A stretch of 64,000 nucleotides of DNA from an archaeon 13_1_40CM_2_52_13 (lineage in GTDB: Archaea > Thermoproteota > Bathyarchaeia > 40CM-2-53-6), in NCBI GenBank assembly GCA_001919285.1, contig MNHO01000049.1, positions 17,746 to 81,745 on the forward strand, given 5' to 3'. The position numbers were made by a program, and so were the translations under genes. This document shows, piece by piece, positions 30,741 through 39,563 of this stretch; positions within the stretch are counted from its first letter, which is position 1, and each line of letters starts with the position of its first letter. The notes under the pieces were generated by a model, which was not told the DNA's origin, searched no databases, and saw nothing but the letters and a program-made list of their open reading frames with translations.

Positions 30741-31943
30741 ATGGCTCCCGATGAGCTAAAGATCAGCACCGAGGAACACGAAAACCGAATCGCGAAGATT
30801 CAGAACCAGCTTCGAAGAAACAGGATTGATGCTCTCTATCTGACCAATTCGACGAGAATTCTTTACACAACGGGCTTCGCGCATATTTCGACGGAACGGC
30901 CTCTCGCTGCGGTCATTCCCAATGAGGAACCACCTTTCTTCATGGCTCCACGCCTGGAGTATGACCATGCTCGAAAGGAATGCCCGTTTGCTGGCGATGT
31001 GCTAACCTATCCTGACTACCCTGGCGAGACCCACCCGATGCGGCTTTTTGCGAAGTTCATGGCTCAGAAAGGACTTGCATCTTCCCGAATTGCCACAGAT
31101 TCCGCGCAGGGAGCCGCTGGGGGCTATGGTTATCGAGGACCTGCATTGCAGGACCTAATGCGTCGGGCCAAGTTCATTGACGGGAAAGACATTGTGGACA
31201 GATTGCGGCTGACGAAATCGAAACAGGAGATACGGCTCCTCCGAGAGAGTGCAAAATGGTCGGAGATAGCGCACGATATTTTGCTCGAAAATACGCGTGC
31301 TGGTCTTCATGATACTCTAGTAGCTGTGAAATCCAGCTACGATGCACTTGCCAGAATGTTGAAGAAACTCGGACAAACCTATGTCCAATTGAAAATAGCC
31401 TTGTCTCCAGTGGTCGTTGGCTTCCGCGGGCAGGTTGGTGTCAACTCTGCGATTCCTCATGCAGTCTACACCAAGAATAAGATTCGGAGAGGAGATGTTC
31501 TCGTTACAGAGGCCGGAGTGGAAATGGGAGGCTACACGAGCGAGCTTGAACGAACCGTCATCATTGGAAAACCTAGCTCCAAGGCCAAGCGTTACTTTGA
31601 AGCTATGCTGAAAGCACAGAACGCCGCTCTCAAAGAATTCCGCCCTGGAACAACATGTAGCAAGATAGACGAGGTAGCTGGCAAATCTATTGAAGACTCA
31701 GGACTCACGGATGCTCATAGACATCATACGGGACACGGAATAGGTTTGGACGGTCACGAACCGCCATGGCTTGATCCGGGGGACCGGACGATCATGCGTG
31801 AAGGAATGGTGTTCTCATGTGAACCAGGTCTATACTTTCCTGGCTACGCGGGATTCCGGCACTCCGACACGGTTGTGATAACGAAGAAGGGAATGGATTT
31901 CATTACCCATTACCCGCGTGGACTTGAGGAGCTCACGCTTTAG
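30741..31943 (+). CDS. Xaa-Pro peptidase family (M24)
   Basis: SAIPH, HHTGHGIGLDGHE, SCEPGLY, GFRHSDTV. Confidence 0.9.
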   Translation: MAPDELKISTEEHENRIAKIQNQLRRNRIDALYLTNSTRILYTTGFAHISTERPLAAVIPNEEPPFFMAPRLEYDHARKECPFAGDVLTYPDYPGETHPMRLFAKFMAQKGLASSRIATDSAQGAAGGYGYRGPALQDLMRRAKFIDGKDIVDRLRLTKSKQEIRLLRESAKWSEIAHDILLENTRAGLHDTLVAVKSSYDALARMLKKLGQTYVQLKIALSPVVVGFRGQVGVNSAIPHAVYTKNKIRRGDVLVTEAGVEMGGYTSELERTVIIGKPSSKAKRYFEAMLKAQNAALKEFRPGTTCSKIDEVAGKSIEDSGLTDAHRHHTGHGIGLDGHEPPWLDPGDRTIMREGMVFSCEPGLYFPGYAGFRHSDTVVITKKGMDFITHYPRGLEELTL

Positions 31944-31959
31944 AACAGATCCTTGTTCG

Positions 31960-32529
31960 TCACGCCTTGAACCATTGAAACACTAGATACCGGATCTTTC
32001 CAGATTTCGTGTCGGGAATCGCAATTATGAAATGTTTTCTCACCGTGGTAGCGAGTCTTCCCGCGCGGACCACTTCGAAAGGACCCATCACTGATTCAGG
32101 AGTTTCGACAGATACAATGAATGGTGCGTGGTCTATTCCTGGGCCGTGTTCGTAGACGGCGAAATCGGCTCCGAACTTGATTCCCGGAGTGACGACGTAG
32201 CCTTTCTCCCTCAAGTCCTTGTATACTTGGTAGGCAGCGCTGAAGCCTCGATAGGTTTCCCGGGCTGCCTTCAGCAGCACGCTCTTTCCGACAGGTTTCT
32301 TGCTGCGTCCGTCGATGACGCCGATTCTCTTGTGCTCGAGCAGGTAAAGTCCCTCCATGAGATCCAATAGGAGTGGGACTTCAAAGTCCTGGTCAGGTTT
32401 CGGCTTGGGAATGCCTACTGGTTTTCCGAAGAATCCTGATCTGTATATTCCGAGACCTGATTTGTAATCCCAGATGATGAGCCTTGTCCCAATGAGTTCG
32501 GCTTGATCCTGAGCCAGGGAGGTCTTCAC
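31960..32529 (-). CDS. endA: tRNA-splicing endonuclease catalytic subunit
   Basis: VYKDLREKGYVV.PG.KFGADFAVY, IDHAPF, RLATTVRK (Tyr/His/Lys triad); GKPVGIPKPK loop. Confidence 0.95.
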   Translation of the reverse strand: MKTSLAQDQAELIGTRLIIWDYKSGLGIYRSGFFGKPVGIPKPKPDQDFEVPLLLDLMEGLYLLEHKRIGVIDGRSKKPVGKSVLLKAARETYRGFSAAYQVYKDLREKGYVVTPGIKFGADFAVYEHGPGIDHAPFIVSVETPESVMGPFEVVRAGRLATTVRKHFIIAIPDTKSGKIRYLVFQWFKA

Positions 32530-32536
32530 GGCCTTA

Positions 32537-33205
32537 CTAGGCGGTCAAAGCGATGACTCGGATTAGGTCCACAACGTCCACTCCGAGGTCCGCCATATTC
32601 TCCATGTGAGCGCTGAGGTCCCTGATCAACAGGAGTGTGCGAAGGGGAATCTTCTCGTCAAGCACCTCTAGGTCCAAGGAGCGGTAAGCGGTATCGACTT
32701 TCCTTTCTGTCTCCTCAACGCCCTTCGAGAGTTCCATAGCTTTTGTCGGGTTGAATCCGAGGGACATCATGGTTTCACGAATCTTGGACATTTCTTCGAG
32801 AACGAGTCCGATGAGTTCGGATAGTCGTTTGGTGTATCTCTTGTCGACCTTCCAGCTGCGGTCGATAACCGCGGTCAGTCGGTAGCCTATCCCTTGAGCG
32901 TAGTCGGCCACCTCGCCTACCCGGAAGATGAGCCGGATGAAGTCCTCACGGTTACTCAATAGGGCCCCGAATGAAGCAACCTCTTCCAGCAGCTTCTTCT
33001 TGGTACCTTCGAAATCGTCCAGAATTTTGATCATGTTCTGATAGTGGTCCTTCGCATCCTTGCCCTTGCCGTCGCCGACGCTGTCAGTCATCAGGGCTAG
33101 TTCACGCGTTATCTCGACGACGTTCCTCGTCTGATCGCGACAAATGTCTAGGATTCTACGTCTGATGCTAGCTTCGGTTTCAACTGGAAAGGTCAACATC
33201 GACAC
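32537..33205 (-). CDS. DUF47/PhoU-like phosphate transport regulator
   Basis: All-helical, REDFIRL...VAD, ERKVD..YR, E..AD. Confidence 0.75.
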   Translation of the reverse strand: MSMLTFPVETEASIRRRILDICRDQTRNVVEITRELALMTDSVGDGKGKDAKDHYQNMIKILDDFEGTKKKLLEEVASFGALLSNREDFIRLIFRVGEVADYAQGIGYRLTAVIDRSWKVDKRYTKRLSELIGLVLEEMSKIRETMMSLGFNPTKAMELSKGVEETERKVDTAYRSLDLEVLDEKIPLRTLLLIRDLSAHMENMADLGVDVVDLIRVIALTA

Positions 33206-33246
33206 CGGGGGGTTCTACTGCAGTGAAGGCGACATTCCCATAAAAA

Positions 33247-34995
33247 CTAGTTGCGGCGAGCCTGGCCAGTTTTTGCCGGGAATCCGCTGCTGACAATGGA
33301 GTCGATCGTTGACTTGAGTTCGTCGATTTGGACCCTTATCTGGTTCCACGAGTCTCGATCCCGCAGGGTGACGGAACCGTCCTTCATTGTCTCGTAGTCG
33401 ACGGTAATTCCGAGCGGTATGCCGGCTTCATCAGCCCGGGCATATCTCCGCCCGATTGACCCCCCATCGTCATACTCGACGCGCAGACCGCTTTCGAGGA
33501 GGCTTCGATGGACGCTCTGGGCCTTCTCCACAAGACCATCCCTGTTAACAAGAGGATAGACGGCGGCTTGTGTCGGGGCGATCCCGAAGGGTAGGCTCAA
33601 AATCAATCTTTCCTCCTTCATTCTGAGATTATGTTCTAGCGTGGAGTAAACGAGCCTCTCTACCCCAAAACTAGGCTCAATGACGTGGGGAAGGAATTTT
33701 GTTCCGGTCTCCTTGACCACCTCCTCTTTCGTGTCGAAGAATTCTGCCGGAATATCATGAGCGTCAATTTTGATTGACTCGCCGCGTCTCTTCCCTTGGA
33801 GGATTCGAGGTAAATCCTCCTTTGCCAGGAGGCTGATGATTCTTCCAGCGTCTGTTCCGAATCGTTGGCGTATCTTCTGGTGGTTCGGCCTGATTGTTCG
33901 GACTTTCTTTTCAATCGGTGAATCATATGCTTTGAAGACTCGCAGATCTATTCCGGTGGCCTGCATGTGACTGCGAAGGTCGAAGTCGGTTCTGTAGGCG
34001 AACCCGGCGACTTCGACCCAATCCCACCTGTCAAGCTTCACTTCATGATCGAAAGTCTGAGAAGAATAATGTGCTCTTTCCGTGGAGAGTTTCTCAAAAA
34101 ATCGTTGATAGTGCTCGTTGATCCCTAGCTTTGCCAAGAACCGCGCGGACTGCGACATGAAATATGCCATCCACGGGGACTTTACGAGTCGTTTTTCGAG
34201 AGCTTCCGCAGTTGTGATTCTAGTGGTTTCACTTCTTCCTTTCTTTCTAGTATCCTCTGTTACGATGGACAGCTTGTCTTCCCTAACTTCGTCGATGTAG
34301 GGGCACTCTGGTCTTTCAGGATCGAAGAAGAGTTCGAAGTCCATTATTGTGAATTCGCGCAGCCGAATGGGTCCCTGGCGGGGAGAAATTTCATTCCTCA
34401 ACACCGTCCCGACCTGTGCTATGCCCAACGGGAATTTTTCCCTCATCACTTCAAGTACCCGGTGGAAGTCGACGAATATTCCCTGCGCTGCTTCGGGTCG
34501 AGTGTAAGCGGGGTCTTCTCCGTATGGGCCGATGTTCGTCTTGAACATGGTGACGAAGTATTGCGGTGACCCGAGGACTCCTCCACATTCAGGACATTTT
34601 ACCTGCTTCAGTAGGACGGATAGTTGGTCCAGATCCAGACCCTCAGTCTCAGTCCCTGCGGCTTCTTTGATCAACTGGTCCGCTCTGAACCTTCGATGAC
34701 AGTTGGTACACTCCGTCATTGGATCTTTGAAATTCTGGACGTGCCCCGAGGCCTCGAGGACCCGTTCGGGGGTTATGATCGGAGTCGATATCTCTGTGAA
34801 TCCGTGGCGTCTAAGGAAGAAATCTCTCCAAGAGTCTTCGATTTCTCGCTTGAGACCAGTCCCTAAAGGGCCCAAGTCGATGAAGCCGCTTACACCCCCG
34901 TATATTTCGAAGGAACCCCAGAAGAAGCCTCTGCGTCTCGCGAGCTCAGAGAGTAGCCTATGCTTGTCTCTTACCTGAGTGGTTAGCTGCTCCAA
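33247..34995 (-). CDS. glyS: Glycine--tRNA ligase (alpha2 type)
   Basis: RRGFF..S.EIYGG, RPEAAQG, RNEISPRQG..RLREF, PHVIEPSFG, SIGRRYARADE. Confidence 0.97.
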   Translation of the reverse strand: MEQLTTQVRDKHRLLSELARRRGFFWGSFEIYGGVSGFIDLGPLGTGLKREIEDSWRDFFLRRHGFTEISTPIITPERVLEASGHVQNFKDPMTECTNCHRRFRADQLIKEAAGTETEGLDLDQLSVLLKQVKCPECGGVLGSPQYFVTMFKTNIGPYGEDPAYTRPEAAQGIFVDFHRVLEVMREKFPLGIAQVGTVLRNEISPRQGPIRLREFTIMDFELFFDPERPECPYIDEVREDKLSIVTEDTRKKGRSETTRITTAEALEKRLVKSPWMAYFMSQSARFLAKLGINEHYQRFFEKLSTERAHYSSQTFDHEVKLDRWDWVEVAGFAYRTDFDLRSHMQATGIDLRVFKAYDSPIEKKVRTIRPNHQKIRQRFGTDAGRIISLLAKEDLPRILQGKRRGESIKIDAHDIPAEFFDTKEEVVKETGTKFLPHVIEPSFGVERLVYSTLEHNLRMKEERLILSLPFGIAPTQAAVYPLVNRDGLVEKAQSVHRSLLESGLRVEYDDGGSIGRRYARADEAGIPLGITVDYETMKDGSVTLRDRDSWNQIRVQIDELKSTIDSIVSSGFPAKTGQARRN

Positions 34996-35084
34996 ACTTC
35001 TGCTCTACGGTGAGATGTACAAGAATCAGTATAATGCTTTACGTGAGCAACGATAGGACGAAATTACAGCCGAGGTATCTGTTT

Positions 35085-35306
35085 CTATCTGGCCTTCACG
35101 TGTTTAACGATGGGCGGCCTGACTTTTCTGAGAATTCTATAGCCGCAGAAGGGGCACTTGATCTCGGGCGTCATCGCCAATTGGTCTGCTGTCAGTCTAG
35201 ATCCGCAATTGATGCATTCGTAGAACAGCCCGCCGGGATTTCGCTCACGCACCGTTGGCTCTTGTAATGGGGCTTCCGGTTGTGCTTCCTTAGGACCCGC
35301 TTCCAT
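35085..35306 (-). CDS. rpoP: DNA-directed RNA polymerase subunit P (Rpo12)
   Basis: YECINCG...IKCPFCGYRILRKVRPP.VK.VKAR. Confidence 0.93.
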   Translation of the reverse strand: MEAGPKEAQPEAPLQEPTVRERNPGGLFYECINCGSRLTADQLAMTPEIKCPFCGYRILRKVRPPIVKHVKAR

Positions 35307-35335
35307 CTAGACTTCAACTCGTAAGGGTGTTGGGT

Positions 35336-38032
35336 TCAAGTTAAGGATTTGGAAGGAGGGTTCCCTGAACCTGGAGTCTTAGGTTTGGAGCCTGCCGGTT
35401 TTGTCCTTTCTTGCGTCTCCATGGTCTCAGGTTGTCTTCTGACCAGGTAGAACCCTAGGATGATAATAGCAGCCACGACGCCTATTGCTGCGGGAATAAG
35501 GATTTGCAAGTTGCTCTGAAGTATTGTTACCTGGAGTGTTTGGGTTGCCAATGGGCCGCTATACTGGGGTGACGAGAATGTGAGAACGTATCGTCCAGGA
35601 ATCGATGGCGCCTTGAACGATAGAGTGATGGGTTGACTAGCTCCGGGACCGAGGGTGACGCTTGTTGGACCTGCAACGACTTTGGAATCGAGGTAGAGGT
35701 TAACGCTGATGGTTTGAGTGAGCTTTGTTGAGTTGTTAGTCAGATGCACGGTCGCTGTGACCATCTGATTCTCGGCTACCTCACCAATCGCGTCCATGCT
35801 CGATAGCAGTATGGTCGAGTCGGAGAAGAAGCTGGGTTTTAAGACATCATTCACGAGAACGACGCCTGAGGAGTCCTCAGCAAGAGCAAAAACTACAAGT
35901 TTCTTCGCCGCGAGGATTGCGTCTGATTTTATTGTGAGTGAGAAGCTTCCACTTGTGTCTGTCTTGAACGGTGCCGAATATGCTAGGAATCGGCTAGGGA
36001 CAAAGGGCAAGCCAACGACGTAGGCATAAGGAGGAGATTCAAGCGAATTCGCCGAGAAAGTGGACGTGCCCGCCTTGCTAGACACACTGATCTTGAAAAG
36101 CCCTGTGTGTTGTCTGCTAGGGACAACAGGGTCCGTTCCGACACTCATCATGAAATTCTTTGAGGCAAGATTCCCATTACTGAGACTGGTCAAGGCTATC
36201 TGTACGCCGTGCCCCGTCAGAGTCAAGGCCGCCTGATAGGCCTGTGGACCTGAAATGAATGGTAGGTCCCCAAATCCGTCCCCAGGGGTGCCAAGGGGAA
36301 ACGTCACATTCGCTCCATGGGGTTGAGAACCGGGCCATTCGTGTTCTATCGTCACGTTTGCACTAAACGCCATACTTGGACTCGGATTGACAATAGTGAA
36401 TATCATAATGAGCGGTTGCCCTTGGGTGAACACACCATTGACGACTGTAATATTGGAAACGTAGAGCCCGCCGCCGCCCCCGGCGGTCTTATTCGTAACA
36501 GGAATGTTGGTCGGTGTTCCCGCGTCGATGGCAAAGACGGTTCCGCTAACACCTATCGCCGCAGAGCTGTTTGACGCGTACGTCAGACTTCCCTGTACGG
36601 TCAGCCCGGTGTTGCCACCGCCGCTGCTGAATGAGCTGACCTGAATCTGATCAACTCTAAACGACGTGTTTCTAGCTCCCAGATCAAAGGCGCTAGTGAA
36701 GGTGGAAGCGATCGTCCAATTTCCCAAGGGCGCGAAAATGGGGATAGTGAAGTTGAACACGCCGCCTGGTGATTTGAGAGCCATTGTCCGTCGAGGGATC
36801 GTAGTCAAGGCTCCATTGGGATCGCGGAACGTGATGTTGAGGCTGCCCGTTGCGACAAGAGTGCTGGTCGCCGCTTCCACCCCTATTGTTTCGCCCAGCT
36901 GCCAGAAAGCCGTAGGCGAAACAGGCCCAGACAGAGATGCTGGGATGACTGTTCTTAAAGTTGCAGGTGCATTTTCGCTGGTCGCGTTAACAGTTACGGT
37001 TCCTTTCACTTTGTTGTTCGTCATGTTTAGAGAGACGAACGATGTGGAGTAGATGCTGCTGCAGTCGATCAACGCACTTTTGATGCAGGCCCCCTTGTCG
37101 AATGCGAACGGGCTTCCTGAGCCTGTGTAGGATGGGGTCGTTGCGTTGATCTGAACAATCGTGTAGGGAGTAGGATAGTAATAGCTGATGATTACCGTGG
37201 TCCAGTCGTGGTTCACAATCTGTGGCTTATTGAGGGGATGGTAGGAGACGGTCCGATTATAATTCAGGGGCAGGTTCGCTAGGTGAGCTACCGTGTTGCT
37301 CGTCGGGTCGAGAGTCATTGTATGACTGAGAGAGTTTGTAAAGGTAAGGCCGAAGTTTGGAGAAAAGACTATCAGCTCACCGAATTCAGCGTCCATAGAC
37401 TGCTGACCCGTACCGGTGAAGTTCAAGTTGAACCGGATTGAGAGTGTAAGATTATAGCCGATGAAAGACGTCGCATCGAAGCATCGTTGCAACACTAGTT
37501 GCGGACAGTACAAGGACGAGTTGGTCGGTGGACTCAGGGATATGCGATTGGAAGCGTTGTACACTGCGAAGGTTGCGTTGTTTCCGCGGTTTTGTGTGAA
37601 TGTTGGCTGTGGAAAGTCAAACCGTAGAATGGTCAGGTTGCAAGTTGAGCAGCCTCCTTTGGGAATTGGGAGGGTCCAGTTCATGTTTTGTGATCCAGTG
37701 ATAGCACTAGAGGTCGTGATGTTGAACCTAAAGTCCGTTCCGGGGATAGGAGAGTTGTCCACCGTTCTGTTGACTGAGCTAAACCATGTTAGGTTTCCCA
37801 CGAATGGACTGGATTTGGTGAACCCGTTGGACGAATTAGTGTATAGATCAGTCATGGCATAGGTCAAATTTAAGGCTGTATGGGAGCCAGTAGCATTAAT
37901 CGCTGGGTCATTCAACTGAACAAATTGCGTCATTCCCGGCGATGAGCCTGCCGCACGCGGCATGCTATAGGGCATGATGATTAGCGAGGTGATTAAGACA
38001 ACTAGGAGCGAGAAGGCCGTTCGCCGAATCAA
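35336..38032 (-). CDS. Large cell-surface glycoprotein-like protein (signal peptide, Ig/CARDB-like domains, C-terminal TM)
   Basis: N-terminal signal, Ser/Thr/Asn-rich with many N-x-S/T sequons, C-terminal TM plus basic residues. Confidence 0.7.
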   Translation of the reverse strand: MIRRTAFSLLVVLITSLIIMPYSMPRAAGSSPGMTQFVQLNDPAINATGSHTALNLTYAMTDLYTNSSNGFTKSSPFVGNLTWFSSVNRTVDNSPIPGTDFRFNITTSSAITGSQNMNWTLPIPKGGCSTCNLTILRFDFPQPTFTQNRGNNATFAVYNASNRISLSPPTNSSLYCPQLVLQRCFDATSFIGYNLTLSIRFNLNFTGTGQQSMDAEFGELIVFSPNFGLTFTNSLSHTMTLDPTSNTVAHLANLPLNYNRTVSYHPLNKPQIVNHDWTTVIISYYYPTPYTIVQINATTPSYTGSGSPFAFDKGACIKSALIDCSSIYSTSFVSLNMTNNKVKGTVTVNATSENAPATLRTVIPASLSGPVSPTAFWQLGETIGVEAATSTLVATGSLNITFRDPNGALTTIPRRTMALKSPGGVFNFTIPIFAPLGNWTIASTFTSAFDLGARNTSFRVDQIQVSSFSSGGGNTGLTVQGSLTYASNSSAAIGVSGTVFAIDAGTPTNIPVTNKTAGGGGGLYVSNITVVNGVFTQGQPLIMIFTIVNPSPSMAFSANVTIEHEWPGSQPHGANVTFPLGTPGDGFGDLPFISGPQAYQAALTLTGHGVQIALTSLSNGNLASKNFMMSVGTDPVVPSRQHTGLFKISVSSKAGTSTFSANSLESPPYAYVVGLPFVPSRFLAYSAPFKTDTSGSFSLTIKSDAILAAKKLVVFALAEDSSGVVLVNDVLKPSFFSDSTILLSSMDAIGEVAENQMVTATVHLTNNSTKLTQTISVNLYLDSKVVAGPTSVTLGPGASQPITLSFKAPSIPGRYVLTFSSPQYSGPLATQTLQVTILQSNLQILIPAAIGVVAAIIILGFYLVRRQPETMETQERTKPAGSKPKTPGSGNPPSKSLT

Positions 38033-38334
38033 ACTTAGTCACAGACGCGCTTTCGAGGACGCGCCCCAGCGATTCTATTTAACCTTTGTAGGAATGAGGG
38101 ACGTAGTGCGTTGCCGGATTCGCATTTTGTGATGACCGCAGGAATTCCTCCAGTAATGCAACCGGCGTCAGAATCGCGAATTCACCTATCTGCATCCACC
38201 ATCCGTTTGCCAGCTAAGATTTTCAGAAATCGTCGCAATCTCAGATTTACTCGTTGGTCGGAGGTGCCGAATTAGGTGGGATTATGGACAGATTCAGCGG
38301 AACCCGGAGATAATTGGCCTTCTAGACTAGGCGG

Positions 38335-38565
38335 TTACCTTTTTGGCGGTGGTGACACTAAAACCACGTTGTCACCTCGTACAATGATCGTTCCTAGTTT
38401 TTTTGTCGCATCAGAATTGGTAACATCTTCAGCTTCTTCCAGGACCAAGTTCATGTGTTGGTCGAAACTGTACAGTCTTCCCCTTACGCTTCGTCCCCCT
38501 TTCAGCTGGACGAGAACGACTTTGTTTAGACTCTCTTCAAAAATTTTTGCAGCTACGTCAGACAT
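38335..38565 (-). CDS. Sm-like (LSm/SmAP) RNA-binding protein
   Basis: GRLYSFDQHMNLVL, IVRGDNV. Confidence 0.95.
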   Translation of the reverse strand: MSDVAAKIFEESLNKVVLVQLKGGRSVRGRLYSFDQHMNLVLEEAEDVTNSDATKKLGTIIVRGDNVVLVSPPPKR

Positions 38566-38642
38566 TCAAGATCCAACTGGGGAAGTGAGTGTCCCGGCGT
38601 TTGTACACTTTTAAAGATTGTCGTAGAAGAAGCTGAATCGAT

Positions 38643-39143
38643 TTGCCAAATAGAACTATCTTGAAAGATCGCGATTCCAAACCTCTGATTGAAGACTTGA
38701 ACAAGATTCCTGGTTTCGAACATCTGTCCCGCAAATCTCGCGTCGAAACGGAGATGGTGAAGAGTTCGGAAGTCATTTTCGTCGACGGGCTCCCAGTTGC
38801 GTTCAAGAGAGAGAGACAGTTTATTCCGGTGTTGACGAATACAGTTGCTTTGGAAAAGATGCCCCGCGTTACTGTAGACATGGGCGCAGTTCCCCATGTA
38901 GTAGGCGGAGCTGATATCATGGCACCGGGAATCAGAAAAGTCGAGGGCAGTTTTGGTGAGAAAGAGCTAGTCGTCATCATCGATGAGAAGCACGGTAAAT
39001 TCTTGTCGGTCGGAAGATCTCTGCTTGCTTCGGAAGCTTTGGCTGCTACAAAGAAGGGGAAAGTGATTGTAAATGTCCATTACGTTGGTGATCCCGTATG
39101 GGAGACGATAAAGTCCCAGGCGCCTGCGCATTCTGGAAGTTGA
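38643..39143 (+). CDS. PUA-domain RNA-binding protein (DUF1947/MCT-1-like)
   Basis: VDMGAVPHV.GGADIMAPGI, KGK...NVHYVGD. Confidence 0.9.
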   Translation: MPNRTILKDRDSKPLIEDLNKIPGFEHLSRKSRVETEMVKSSEVIFVDGLPVAFKRERQFIPVLTNTVALEKMPRVTVDMGAVPHVVGGADIMAPGIRKVEGSFGEKELVVIIDEKHGKFLSVGRSLLASEALAATKKGKVIVNVHYVGDPVWETIKSQAPAHSGS

Positions 39144-39236
39144 TGATTTGTCTCGAATTTGGTCAGGCAAAGTTTAAAGTCGTTCTGACAGCTGGTTTCA
39201 GAAACGTATCATCATATCATGATTTGATGTTTTCAT

Positions 39237-39563
39237 ATGGCGCACTCTACTCTCTACGTGAAAGCGCTTCCGTTGCAGGAACTGGATGATGTTGAAGTTA
39301 TCAAGACTGAGATTCGGACCGGAAACATCCTAATCGTCCGAATTACGCCCTTGGCACGCAAGAGCGTTGACGAGACTAAGCTAGCGATAACGGAATTGAC
39401 GGACCACGTAAAGTCGATTGGTGGCGACATAGCCCGGCTTGGAGAGGAACGTATTGTAATTACTCCGCCGGGAGTAAAGATTTGGCGCCGGGAGACGGCG
39501 GGCTCTGAGACTGCTATCCCCGCTGTGCCTTTGCAGAAGGAGACTCTGCCGGGGACGAGCTAA
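39237..39563 (+). CDS. sepF: SepF-family protein
   Basis: GNILIVRI.PL, GGDIARLGEERIVITP. Confidence 0.85.
   Translation: MAHSTLYVKALPLQELDDVEVIKTEIRTGNILIVRITPLARKSVDETKLAITELTDHVKSIGGDIARLGEERIVITPPGVKIWRRETAGSETAIPAVPLQKETLPGTS

Noticed and set aside
39140..39188. TTGATGA...CTGA as a C/D box sRNA
   Set aside because: The TGATGA is the PUA gene's tandem stop, and there are no recognisable C'/D' boxes or terminal stem.
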